Part shown: positions 17,092-26,558 of the stretch, piece by piece
How the letters are laid out: the number at the start of each line of letters is the position of its first letter
How positions within the stretch are numbered: position 1 is the first letter of the stretch
Source of the DNA: Longivirga aurantiaca
GTDB lineage: Bacteria > Actinomycetota > Actinomycetes > S36-B12 > CAIYMF01
Direction of reading: 5' to 3'
Assembly: GCF_042660085.1 (NCBI RefSeq)
Contig: NZ_JBHSTI010000008.1
Span: 570,001-602,000, forward strand
DNA: 32,000 bases
Notes under the pieces: generated by a model
Database searches by the model: none
Seen by the model: the letters and a program-made list of their open reading frames with translations, nothing else
What the model was told of the DNA's origin: nothing
Translations under genes and position numbers: made by a program

Positions 17092-17763
17092 TCAGGTCGG
17101 GGAACCCGGGGACGTCGACATATCGGGCGGTGCCACCGGATTGACGCCACGGACGAGCTGGAAGCCGCCATCGAGGACAGACACAGAGACGTCGGCGAAG
17201 CCGGCTGCCTCCACGAGCCGCTGTGCGTCAGCGTCGCTCCACTGCCACTGGCCCCAAGCGTCGGGGCTGCCCGACTCGGTGGCAGAGCCCCAGTAGGTCG
17301 GCTTGCTGTCGCCCAGGGTGAGCACGACGCGTCCGCCAGGGCGAAGCACGCGGCGCATCTCCCGCAGCGCTGCAGCCGGGTCGGGGATGAACTTCACGGT
17401 GTTGAGGGAGGTGACGACGCTGAAGCGGTGGTCTTCCCACGGCAGACGCAGGGCGTCGCCGCGGACGATCTGTGCCGACCCGTTCGCGATGCGGTCGGCC
17501 AAGCGTCGTCGTGCCATCGTGACCTGGATCTCGGACGCGTCCAGGCCCGCGACGTACTGCACGTGGCGGGCGTGCTCGGCGAGCAGCGTCGCTGAGCCGC
17601 AGCCCACGTCGAGCAGGTCGTCGTCGGGGCGGAGCCTGAGCTCGGCGGACATGGCCCGGTAGTACGGCCTCGCCAACGTGACCAGCAGTCGCGCACCCAC
17701 CCAGCCCAGCGGACCGCTCGGCTTGCCGAACAACGCCCGCAAGATCCACCTGCGCACGGCCAT
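17092..17763 (-). CDS. Class I SAM-dependent methyltransferase
   Basis: Start MAVRRWILRALFG inside ORF 17092..18069; SAM motif DLLDVGCGSATLLAEHA, RGDALRLPWEDHRFSVVTSLNTVKFIPD, REMRRVLRPGGRVVLTLGD. Confidence 0.87.
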   Translation of the reverse strand: MAVRRWILRALFGKPSGPLGWVGARLLVTLARPYYRAMSAELRLRPDDDLLDVGCGSATLLAEHARHVQYVAGLDASEIQVTMARRRLADRIANGSAQIVRGDALRLPWEDHRFSVVTSLNTVKFIPDPAAALREMRRVLRPGGRVVLTLGDSKPTYWGSATESGSPDAWGQWQWSDADAQRLVEAAGFADVSVSVLDGGFQLVRGVNPVAPPDMSTSPGSPT

Positions 17764-17813
17764 CGTCAGCTTCGCCTCCGATCCGAGTCGAACGTGCCTC
17801 CTGCCTGCGTTGC

Positions 17814-19499
17814 TCAGCTTCCGACGAGGTCGCGGCGGTGGAAGGCCCACAGGCCGATGACAAGGAGGGCGATGCCGATCACGCTCATCACGATCCCGGC
17901 GGTGGCGGCCCAGGGCGCCATCGGAACCCAAGCGAGGTGGGTGAAGGGTGAGAGGTTGAGGACCCAGGCGGGCCAGTTCAGGGCAGGGCCGAGCAGGCTG
18001 AGGACGTACAGGACCGCCGTCAGCGTCACCGGGACCACGGTGGTCGCGCGGGGCAGCAGACCGAAGCACGCGACGGTCAGGCCGCCGATGAGCAGGACGA
18101 CGGGCAGGGTGTTGAGCACGGACTTCATCGCGTCCAGCAGGGTGATTCCGCTGGCGCCGGAGGCGACGACGCCGAGCCAGACACCGCCGCCGCTGACCGC
18201 GAGCAGGAGCAGGGCGCCAGCGAGGGCGAGCGCGGTGTGGCCGGCGAGCCAGCGCAGCCGGGAGACCGGGCGGGCCAGGATGGCCTCGGCGCGGCCCGAC
18301 TCCTCCTCGGCCCGGGCGGACCCGATCCGCCAGGCGACCTGCAGCCCGACAGCGACGCCGAACATCGAGCCGATCATGGCGAGGAACCCGAGGGTGGTCA
18401 GTGCGGCGTCGAGACCGAAGGATGCGAGCAGCTGCTGGTAGGACTGGTCACCGGCGAGCCACTCGATCATGGTGCCGATCAGGGCGCCCATCACGGTGGC
18501 GAACACGCCCAGACCGACGCTCCAGCCAAGGAGCACGGCACGGTTGCTGCGCCACGCGAACGCCGTCGGTCCGCCGAGGTAGCGCAGGTGCGCGACCCGT
18601 CCCGCCTCGCGGGACAGGAGTGCCCCACCGGCGTCCCGGCGGGCCCGGAGCAGCATCGCCGCCACCGCGAGCAGGATCGGCACGACGACGAGCGGGACGA
18701 GCGCGCGAAGGTCGGGGTCGCCGTAGGGCTCGAGCTGGTCGAGCCAGCCGAGCGGGGTGAACCAGCGGACCCACGAGCGGACGTCGGTGCTGTTGCCGAC
18801 CATCCGCAGCACGTAGGCGATCGCGAGGACGCCGGCAGCCAGCGCGGCTGCGCGGCGGCGGACGTCGACGAGTTGCGACGTGATCGCCGCCGTGGCGACG
18901 AACGTCGCGGTGACTCCGGCCAGGGCGAGTCCGAGCAGTACCGACCCGACGAGCCCGGTCCCGCTGAGGGCCATAGTGACGGCGATCACGGCACCGAACA
19001 GGACGGCCAGAGCGCCAAGGACGGACAGGACGACGGTGGTCGCGGTGGAGGCCCGGACCGGACCGGCGAGCAGCAGGTCTGTGCGCTCGAGGTCCTCCTC
19101 GCCGCGCAGCAGCCGGGTAGTGGTCAGGATGGCCCACAGCGCGAGGATCAGCTGGATGACCCAGCCGCCGTCCCACACCGCGAAGCCGCCCGGGGTGTCC
19201 AGGGCGACCGGGACGCCCTGCATCATGCGCACCGCCGGGTTGTCCTCGAACATCTGGAACTGCACCGGCGAGACGCCGTTCGGGTAGGCAGTGCGGTAGC
19301 TCACGACCTCCAACGCCATGTACGCGATGCCGGACGCGACCAGGACAAGGGCGGAACGGCGGGTCTGGCGGCCGGCGAGCCCGGCGATGGCGCGCCGTGG
19401 TCGGGCAGGCAGCGCGGCTGTCCGGGTCGTGCCGTGACGCGAGCCGGCGGACAGGTGCCGGTGCCCGGTATCGGTCTGGGCGTGCGCCGTGGCGGTCAT
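17814..19499 (-). CDS. ABC transporter permease (multi-TM exporter)
   Basis: 561 aa with numerous hydrophobic segments; overlaps the ATPase gene by 4 nt in the same operon. Confidence 0.87.
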   Translation of the reverse strand: MTATAHAQTDTGHRHLSAGSRHGTTRTAALPARPRRAIAGLAGRQTRRSALVLVASGIAYMALEVVSYRTAYPNGVSPVQFQMFEDNPAVRMMQGVPVALDTPGGFAVWDGGWVIQLILALWAILTTTRLLRGEEDLERTDLLLAGPVRASTATTVVLSVLGALAVLFGAVIAVTMALSGTGLVGSVLLGLALAGVTATFVATAAITSQLVDVRRRAAALAAGVLAIAYVLRMVGNSTDVRSWVRWFTPLGWLDQLEPYGDPDLRALVPLVVVPILLAVAAMLLRARRDAGGALLSREAGRVAHLRYLGGPTAFAWRSNRAVLLGWSVGLGVFATVMGALIGTMIEWLAGDQSYQQLLASFGLDAALTTLGFLAMIGSMFGVAVGLQVAWRIGSARAEEESGRAEAILARPVSRLRWLAGHTALALAGALLLLAVSGGGVWLGVVASGASGITLLDAMKSVLNTLPVVLLIGGLTVACFGLLPRATTVVPVTLTAVLYVLSLLGPALNWPAWVLNLSPFTHLAWVPMAPWAATAGIVMSVIGIALLVIGLWAFHRRDLVGS

Positions 19500-20449
19500 G
19501 GCTGGTCGCCTCCCACCGGCCGCGGCGCGGATGCTCCGTGCGCGGCGGCGACCGCGTCGCGCTGCGGGGCGCTGGTCTCGTAATAGGTGAGGAAGATCTG
19601 CTCCAGCGTCGGGGCATGGCTCTGCAGCCGGGTGATCCCAGCCGTACCGAGTCGAGTCAGCACATTCCCAGGCGCGCCGGTCACCGTGACCCGGACCCCG
19701 CCGTCCATCGGCTCGACGCCGAGGATGCCGTCGAGGTCATCGAGTCGCGGCACAGGTCCGTCCAGGGATGCCTCGAGCACGGTGGCGGTCAGCCGGCGGA
19801 GCTCGGCAAGCGCTGCGACCTCCACCAGCACCCCATCGCGCAGGATGGCCACCCGCCCGCAGACGTCTTCCACTTCGTCGAGCAGGTGCGAGGACAGGAA
19901 CACCGTCTGCCCGGCGGCGGCTGCCTCGCGCGCGAGTGCCTGGAACTCCGCCTCCATCAACGGGTCGAGCCCGACGGTCGGCTCGTCGAGCAGCAGGATG
20001 TCCGGGCGGGTCATGAAGGCTGCGACGAGCGCGATCTTCTGCCGGTTGCCCTTCGAGTACGACCGGGCGCGCCGGCTCGGGTCGACGTCCAGGCGCTCGA
20101 TCAGCTCGTCGCGCAGGCGGCTGTCGACGTTGCCCGACAGGTTCCCGAGCAGGGCGAGGATCTCGGCGCCGGTCAGGTTCGGCCACAGCGACACGTCGCC
20201 CGGCACATAGCCGACAGAGGCGTGCGCGCGTTCGACGTCGGACACCGAGATGCCCGACAGCCACGCCTCGCCGCGGGTGGGCCGGAGCAGGCCGAGCAGG
20301 AGCTTGATGGTCGTTGACTTGCCGGCCCCGTTGGGGCCGAGGAAGCCGAAGATCTCACCCGGAGAGACCTCCAGGTCCAGCCCGTCGAGGGCAATGACCT
20401 TGCCGAAGTGCTTGGTGAGTCCGACCGTGCGGATCGCTGCGGTTGCCAT
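19496..20449 (-). CDS. ABC transporter ATP-binding protein
   Basis: Start MATAAIRTVGLTKHFG preceded by GGAGGCGC. Walker A GFLGPNGAGKSTT, signature SKGNRQKIALVAAFM, Walker B ILLLDEPTVGLD. Confidence 0.95.
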   Translation of the reverse strand: MATAAIRTVGLTKHFGKVIALDGLDLEVSPGEIFGFLGPNGAGKSTTIKLLLGLLRPTRGEAWLSGISVSDVERAHASVGYVPGDVSLWPNLTGAEILALLGNLSGNVDSRLRDELIERLDVDPSRRARSYSKGNRQKIALVAAFMTRPDILLLDEPTVGLDPLMEAEFQALAREAAAAGQTVFLSSHLLDEVEDVCGRVAILRDGVLVEVAALAELRRLTATVLEASLDGPVPRLDDLDGILGVEPMDGGVRVTVTGAPGNVLTRLGTAGITRLQSHAPTLEQIFLTYYETSAPQRDAVAAAHGASAPRPVGGDQP

Positions 20450-20576
20450 GATGCGCCTCCCGGGCGCGTGGCACGACGGGACCATCGACCCCGCGCTCGC
20501 ACCTCCAGGGTAGACAGCATGCGGTGCTGAGTCCGCACGAGCCGTCACGCGGCCGCACCCGACAGTGCGGCCGCGT

Positions 20577-20746
20577 CGCTGCACCACCCGGCCAGGGTCG
20601 CCGCCATCGCCCCAGCCAGCGTGCCCGGGTTCGTCGTCGCCCAGGTGGCGGGCGCGGTGCTCGCCGTCCTCGCGACGGTCGTGCTCTGGCCGCGGCACTC
20701 CCCGGCCGGGGCGGTCGCCATCGACGTCCACGAGGAGACCCGCTGA
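20577..20746 (+). pseudogene. 3' remnant of a MIP/aquaporin-type channel gene
   Basis: Frame reads ...AAIAPASVPGFVVAQVAGAVLAVLATVVLWPRHSPAGAVAIDVHEETR*, resembling the C-terminal APASVPGFVxAQ helix of aquaporin-like channels found in ars operons. No upstream coding continuation. Confidence 0.55.
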
Positions 20747-20854
20747 CCGCCTCAGCCGAGGTCCATGGCTGCCCGCACGACAGGCGAACGGCCGCCGCGA
20801 CCGAGGAGACTGAAGGGAACCCGTGAAGGCGCAGTACACGTGGAGGTGCCGGGC

Positions 20855-21991
20855 ATGACCGAGTCGAGGACGCCGGCCGTTGTTGCTCCCGACCCGGAGG
20901 GCCGCGTGGTCGCCCGCATGTCCCGGGTCGACCGGATGCTGCCGCTGTGGATCGCACTGGCGATGGCCGTGGGGCTGCTGCTGGGTCGGCTGATCCCGAC
21001 GCTGAACGAGGCGCTGGACACCGTCAAGATCGGTCAGACGTCGCTGCCGATCGCGCTGGGCCTGCTGCTGATGATGTATCCGGTCCTGGCCAAGGTCCGC
21101 TACGACGAGATCGGCCTGGTCACCGCCGACAAGCGGATGATCACGACCTCGCTGCTGCTCAACTGGGTGCTCGGCCCGCTGGTGATGTTCGCGCTCGCCT
21201 GGATCTTCCTGGCCGACTACCCCGCCTACCGAACCGGCGTCATCCTCGTCGGGCTCGCGCGGTGCATCGCGATGGTGCTGCTGTGGAACGACCTGGCCTG
21301 CGGCGACCGGGAGATGGCCGCCGTCCTGGTCGCGCTCAACGCAGTCTTCCAGGTGCTCACGTACGCCGCGCTCGGCTACTTCTACCTCGAGGTGCTGCCC
21401 GGCTGGCTCGGCCTGGACCAGGCCAGCCTGGACGTGTCGATATGGGGCATCGCGAAGATCGTGCTGATCTTCCTCGGCATCCCGCTCGCCGCCGGCTACC
21501 TCACCCGCTGGTGGGGTGAGCGCACCAAGGGCCGGGAGTGGTACGAGGACGTCTTCCTGCCCAGGATCGGCCCGGTCGCGCTGTACGGCCTTCTGTTCAC
21601 CGTCGTCGTGCTGTTCGCCCTGCAGGGCAACACGATCACCTCCGAACCGCTCACCGTGGCCCGCATCGCGCTGCCGCTGCTCGGCTACTTCTTCATCATG
21701 TGGTTCCTCGGCTTCGGGCTCGGCCGGTGGATGTCACTGACCTACGAGCGCACCACCACGATGGCGTTCACCGCGTCCAGCAACGACTTCGAGCTCGCCA
21801 TCGCCGTCGCGATCGGCGTGTTCGGCGTCACCTCCGGCCAGGCCCTCGCCGGCGTCGTCGGGCCCCTCATCGAGGTCCCCGTCCTGCTCGGCCTCGTCTA
21901 CGTCGCCCTGTGGTTGCGCCGCCGGCTGACCTGGCCACCACCCCGCACCGGCGCCCCCGACCGCACCCGCAGTTCAGCTGAGAGGAGCTGA
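20855..21991 (+). CDS. acr3: ACR3 family arsenite efflux transporter
   Basis: Start MTESRTPAVVAPDPEG with GGAGGT upstream. MLPLWIALAMAVGLLLGRLIP, GLVTADKRMITTSLLLNWVLGPLVMFALAW, ARCIAMVLLWNDLACGD, FTASSNDFELAIAVAIGVFG. Confidence 0.94.
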   Translation: MTESRTPAVVAPDPEGRVVARMSRVDRMLPLWIALAMAVGLLLGRLIPTLNEALDTVKIGQTSLPIALGLLLMMYPVLAKVRYDEIGLVTADKRMITTSLLLNWVLGPLVMFALAWIFLADYPAYRTGVILVGLARCIAMVLLWNDLACGDREMAAVLVALNAVFQVLTYAALGYFYLEVLPGWLGLDQASLDVSIWGIAKIVLIFLGIPLAAGYLTRWWGERTKGREWYEDVFLPRIGPVALYGLLFTVVVLFALQGNTITSEPLTVARIALPLLGYFFIMWFLGFGLGRWMSLTYERTTTMAFTASSNDFELAIAVAIGVFGVTSGQALAGVVGPLIEVPVLLGLVYVALWLRRRLTWPPPRTGAPDRTRSSAERS

Positions 21992-22067
21992 TCGCGATGA
22001 CCAGCACCGGGACCACGCCTGCTGCCCCACCGTCGTCGTCCCCGGCACCATCCCCCAGTAGATCCCG

Positions 22068-22091
22068 ACCCGGACCGGTGACGGTCCGGGT
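22068..22091. other. Intercistronic hairpin in the ars operon
   Basis: ACCCGGACCG-GTGA-CGGTCCGGGT, 10 bp perfect stem between acr3 and arsD. Confidence 0.5.
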
Positions 22092-22123
22092 CCATCGACC
22101 CGCCACGAACGAGAGGTCACCAC

Positions 22124-22531
22124 ATGCCCGCCATCCGCGTCTTCGAGCCCGCCCTGTGCTGCAACACCGGCGTCTGCGGCCCTGAGTTGGACCAGGCCCT
22201 GGTCGACTTCACCGCCGACCTGTCCCACCTCCAGGCCCGCGGCGTCGACATCGCACGGCACAACCTGGCCAACGACCCGACGGCGTTCGCGACCAACGAC
22301 ACGGTGCGCTCGTTCCTTCAGGTCGCGGGGTCCGAGGGCCTGCCGCTGACCCTCGTCGACGGCGTCACCGTCGCGACCGGCAGCTATCCGAGCCGAGACC
22401 AGCTGCTCAAGTTCGCCGGCGTCACCGCAGCCCAGCCGGTCGTGCCGGCCGGTGCAACCGCGTTGGGCGTGCTCCACGCGCCGACCGCCACCGACGCCGG
22501 GTGCGGCTGCGGGCCGGAAGGCTGCAGCTGA
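22124..22531 (+). CDS. arsD: Arsenic metallochaperone ArsD
   Basis: 135 aa; MPAIRVFEPALCCNTGVCGPELDQALVDFTADL with the vicinal CC-x4-C motif and a C-terminal CGCGPEGCS. Confidence 0.93.
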   Translation: MPAIRVFEPALCCNTGVCGPELDQALVDFTADLSHLQARGVDIARHNLANDPTAFATNDTVRSFLQVAGSEGLPLTLVDGVTVATGSYPSRDQLLKFAGVTAAQPVVPAGATALGVLHAPTATDAGCGCGPEGCS

Positions 22532-22536
22532 TCGTG

Positions 22537-24303
22537 ATGCGCTACCTCACCGACCCGCCGCGGTTCCTGTTCTTCACCGGCAAGGGCGGCGTCGGCAAGA
22601 CCTCGCTCGCCTGCGCCACCGCCGTCCACCTCGCCGAGTCCGGGCAACGGGTGCTGCTCGTCAGCACCGACCCGGCGTCCAACGTCGGTCAGGTCCTCGG
22701 CGTCACCATCGGCAACACGATCACGCCCATCACGGCGGTGCCCCGCCTGTCCGCGCTCGAGATCGACCCAGAGGCTGCGGCCGACGCGTACCGCGAGCGG
22801 ATCGTGGGCCCGGTCCGCGGGCTGCTGCCGGAGAAGGAGATCGCCTCGATCACCGAGCAGCTCTCCGGCTCGTGCACCACCGAGGTCGCCTCGTTCAACG
22901 AGTTCACCGACCTCCTCGCCGACCCGGTCCTGAGCGCCGGCTACGACCACGTCCTGTTCGACACCGCCCCCACCGGCCACACGATCCGGCTGCTCCAGCT
23001 CCCCGGTTCCTGGACCGACTTCCTCGAGTCCGGCAAGGGCGACGCGTCCTGCCTGGGCCCGCTCGCCGGGCTGGACAAGCAGCGGGCCACCTACGCCGCC
23101 GCCGTCGCCGCACTCCAGGACCCGGCACGGACCCGCCTCGTCCTGGTCACCCGGGCGCAGGCCTCCGCGCTCGCCGAGGTCGACCGGACCTTCCACGAGC
23201 TCGACCAGATCGGCATCCACGCCGCCCAGCTCGTCGTCAACGGCGTCCTGCCGAAGGCTGCAGGCGACGAGCCGCTCGCGGTCGCCGTCCGGCAACGTGA
23301 GACGGACGCGCTCGCCGCGATGCCGGAGCACGTCGCCGTCCTGCCCCGCGACGTCATCGAGCTCAAGGCCGACAACATGATGGGCCTGCCGGCGCTGCGG
23401 ACCCTCCTGAGCGACGCCCCCGCACCGGTAGCGGTGATGGACCTGGTCCCCCACGTGGACCTGTCCGGGCACTCACTGGGCGGCCTCGTCGACCAGATCG
23501 AGGTGGACGGTCACGGCGTCGTGCTGTGCATGGGCAAGGGCGGCGTCGGCAAGACCACCATCGCCACCGCCGTGGCCGTCGCGCTGGCGCACCGCGGGCA
23601 CGACGTCCACCTCGCCACCACCGACCCGGCCGCGCACCTCGACGAGACCTTGCGCGGCACTGTCGAGCGCATCACGGTCTCCCGCATCGACCCGGCCCAG
23701 GCCACCGCGGAGTACCGCGACCGGATCATGAGCACCCGCGGTAAGACCCTCGACGACGCCGGGCGCGCCAACCTCGCCGAGGACCTGCTCTCCCCGTGCA
23801 CTGAGGAGGTCGCGGTCTTCCAGCAGTTCTCCCGCCTCGTCCTCGGAGCCAGCCGGAAGTTCGTGGTCATCGACACCGCCCCGACCGGTCACACCCTGCT
23901 GCTCCTGGACGCGGCCGGGTCGTACCACCGTGACGTCGCCCGCCAGATGGGCGGGACGATGCACTTCCGGACCCCGCTGATGGTCCTGCAGGACCCGACC
24001 CAGACGAAGGTCGTCCTGGTCACCCTGCCCGAGCCGACCCCGGTGATCGAGGCGCGGGTGCTTCAGGACGACCTCGAGCGCGCCGGGATCAGCCCGTGGG
24101 CGTGGGTCGTCAACGACTCCCTCGCCGCCGCCCACCCGGTGTCTCCATTCCTGCAGCGGCGGGCCGCCGCCGAGCTGAGCCAGATCGCCGAGGTCGAGGC
24201 GCTGTCCGCGAGGGTCGCGATCGTTCCGCTGCTGGCCGACGAGCCGGTCGGCGAGGCCCGCCTGGCCGACCTCACCCGTGACCTGCGCCTGCTCACCACC
24301 TAG
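22537..24303 (+). CDS. arsA: Arsenite-activated ATPase ArsA with two ATPase halves
   Basis: MRYLTDPPRFLFFTGKGGVGKTSLACATA in the first half and VVLCMGKGGVGKTTIATAVAVALAHRG in the second; DTAPTGHT in each half. Confidence 0.95.
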   Translation: MRYLTDPPRFLFFTGKGGVGKTSLACATAVHLAESGQRVLLVSTDPASNVGQVLGVTIGNTITPITAVPRLSALEIDPEAAADAYRERIVGPVRGLLPEKEIASITEQLSGSCTTEVASFNEFTDLLADPVLSAGYDHVLFDTAPTGHTIRLLQLPGSWTDFLESGKGDASCLGPLAGLDKQRATYAAAVAALQDPARTRLVLVTRAQASALAEVDRTFHELDQIGIHAAQLVVNGVLPKAAGDEPLAVAVRQRETDALAAMPEHVAVLPRDVIELKADNMMGLPALRTLLSDAPAPVAVMDLVPHVDLSGHSLGGLVDQIEVDGHGVVLCMGKGGVGKTTIATAVAVALAHRGHDVHLATTDPAAHLDETLRGTVERITVSRIDPAQATAEYRDRIMSTRGKTLDDAGRANLAEDLLSPCTEEVAVFQQFSRLVLGASRKFVVIDTAPTGHTLLLLDAAGSYHRDVARQMGGTMHFRTPLMVLQDPTQTKVVLVTLPEPTPVIEARVLQDDLERAGISPWAWVVNDSLAAAHPVSPFLQRRAAAELSQIAEVEALSARVAIVPLLADEPVGEARLADLTRDLRLLTT

Positions 24304-24429
24304 CGGGCGGGTCGCGCACCCCGCGATGTCGGAGAGGCACCTGTCGGGCGGGACCGCACCCAGGGCCTCGGCTCGCCGATGGGGGAGACGACAGGACACC
24401 AGGGGCCTGCGGCAGCACCCTGGCTGCGT

Positions 24430-25786
24430 GAGAACTGTCATCGGTGCGGAGACGGCGGCACTGCCGCGCTGCAGCCGACCCGAGCACGAGCAGTGGCTCG
24501 TGTGGAAGGACGGGTTCACGGGCAAGCAGCCGTCCCGCCGTCAGCGGTTCCGCTGCGTGAACCCAGACGACCACACGGACGCCCACCGGTCACGACCCCC
24601 GGTGCTGGGTGTCGCGGCGCACGAGCACCGCTACCTGGGCTGCCAGATGCTGGTCCCGACCCACGCGGGCCCGGTCGTCCCGGAGGGCTACCACTGCCTC
24701 GGGAAGGTCATCGCCTCCGCCCTGGTGGACATCGCCAAGGGTCAGACGTACTCGGCGGCGTCACGTTCGGCGCGTGCCGCCCTCGCGGTGGCCGGCGGTG
24801 CCCAGCAGGTCGGTCGAGAGTTCTCGACGCACGGGCAGCTCGCGGCGGACTGGACCGAGGTGTTCACCGACGTCGTCGTGGAGCGCCCGACCCAGTGGCC
24901 GTCGGTCGTGATGCTCGACGCGACGAAGTTCTGGCGCCTGCACCCCGGCGGCAAGAAGGATGCGTTCACGCTCCTGTTCGCGTACGGCTACGACGCCCTC
25001 GAGGGCCCGGTCCCGGAGCCAGACCCGTGGATGACACCGTCACCCAAGCCCGTGGCGAACGGCCGGATGCTGCGCATCGGGCTCGCCCCAACCGAGAGCA
25101 TCAAGACGTGGACGGACTTCCTCTTCGAACTGCCCGGGACGCCGCTGTGAGTCGTGGCTGACGGGTCCGACGCCATCCGCACCGCCACCGGGAACCGCTG
25201 GCACGACGACATCACCTTCGTGCGCTGCGTCTACCACTGGCGCAAGAACCTCGTGGCCCATCTGCTCCCCGACCTGGTCAAGCTCACCGGCCACGAGAAG
25301 GCCAGCAAGTCCGTCGAGAACCACGTCCTGCACGCCATGGCGAAGGCCGCGTTCGGCAGCGTGGACGCGTGGACCCCCTTCAGCGACGAGGCCGAGATGC
25401 TCCCGCGGATGTCCCTGACCCGCGCCTGGATCGCGACGTTCGAGGACGGCATCCTCGCCCAGCTCCACGATGTGCCCGAGCGCTAGAGACCGATGTCCAT
25501 CGGCCCGCTCGAGCAGGTCATCGCGCAGACCCGCCTACAGCTGGCCGGCCGCGTCCAGGGCCTGCGCAACGGGCCGCGGACACGCCTCCTGCTGGACCTC
25601 CGGACGGCCGGGGTGAACAACCAGGCCAACCCAGACCTGTGGGCCGACAAGATCACCGACCATCTGACGCGCTACGGACGGCGCCCGGCCCGGAACCAGC
25701 GAGATGTCGCCGGGCTCCAGTTGTTCGACCGGCGACCAGAGGGTCCCGATCGGCCACCCGTGACCGACACAGCGGTGCCAACCTAA
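24430..25786 (+). pseudogene. Transposase-like (probable MULE/DDE type) gene broken by in-frame stops
   Basis: ORFs 24278..25150, 25154..25486 and 25493..25786 are all in one frame, separated by TGA (25148-25150) and TAG (25484-25486). Content: WLVWKDGFTGKQPSRRQRFRCVNPDD, YSAASRSARAALA, SVVMLDATKFW, VVADGSDAIRTATG, VRCVYHWRKNLVAHL, SIGPLEQVIAQTRLQLAGR. 5' boundary is approximate. Confidence 0.6.
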
Positions 25787-25969
25787 CGAGACGGGCGCTG
25801 GAACTGCAGGACGCCCACCCCGGTCTGGGGTGGGTGCCGAACGGCCAGTGTCAAGGCCGAGGGTCCCAGGGGGCACGCGCCGAGCCCACTGGCGCGCGGC
25901 ACTCGAGCGACGTGCCGGTTGCCCGAATCGGATTCGGGCGCTTTAGGCACCGCTGACGTTCCGTCCCGA

Positions 25970-26290
25970 CTACTTTGGGGCGGCGTTGTTGTCCACGTAC
26001 TTGCCGGCGTAGACGGACATGAACTGGTTGTCGTTGCCGACCGACTTCACACAGACAAACTCGTCGCCGTTCTTGTTGACCTGGTCCCAGCGAAGCTGCA
26101 CGTGGGCCACGTCATAGATCCCATCGGCCAGCCCTGCCTGCACCTCCGGCGTCGCCATGATGTCGGCGAACGTGGCCGGCTCCCCGTAGGGAGGGGAACA
26201 ACTACCGGGCGCCGACGACGCACTGACTGGCGAGGTCAGCAGCCCCATCAGGAGCGCCGTTCCGCACACCACGAACATGGTCCTGCGCAT
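25970..26290 (-). CDS. Small secreted protein with a possible calcium-binding-like loop
   Basis: 106 aa; start preceded by GGGAGG. Signal-peptide-like MRRTMFVVCGTALLMGLLTSPVSASS; C-terminal DQVNKNGDEFVCVKSVGN; two cysteines in the mature part. Confidence 0.72.
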   Translation of the reverse strand: MRRTMFVVCGTALLMGLLTSPVSASSAPGSCSPPYGEPATFADIMATPEVQAGLADGIYDVAHVQLRWDQVNKNGDEFVCVKSVGNDNQFMSVYAGKYVDNNAAPK

Positions 26291-26558
26291 GATGGGCCTC
26301 CCGCCCGGAGCGGCGCTCAGCCCGAAGTGGGACGTAGCCCGACTCCACGTAGTCCAGGGTAGAAGCGCTTGGCCCACCGTTGCCTGGCGTGATGCACGGC
26401 GTCGGGTGGGGACACATCTCAGAGCGCGACTCACTCCGCCCCCGCAGTCGCTTCCCCTCCCGGCCCGGCGCGGCTGCTCCTGGCCACGGCCAGGTAGACG
26501 AAGGCGACCGGGCCGCCGTTCTTCAGCGACGTAGCCATCTCCTGCCGAACCTGGCGGG

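Noticed and set aside
25148-25150. In-frame TGA as a possible selenocysteine or programmed readthrough codon
   Set aside because: No selenoprotein context, a second in-frame stop (TAG) follows, and an upstream frame disruption is likely; pseudogenisation is simpler.
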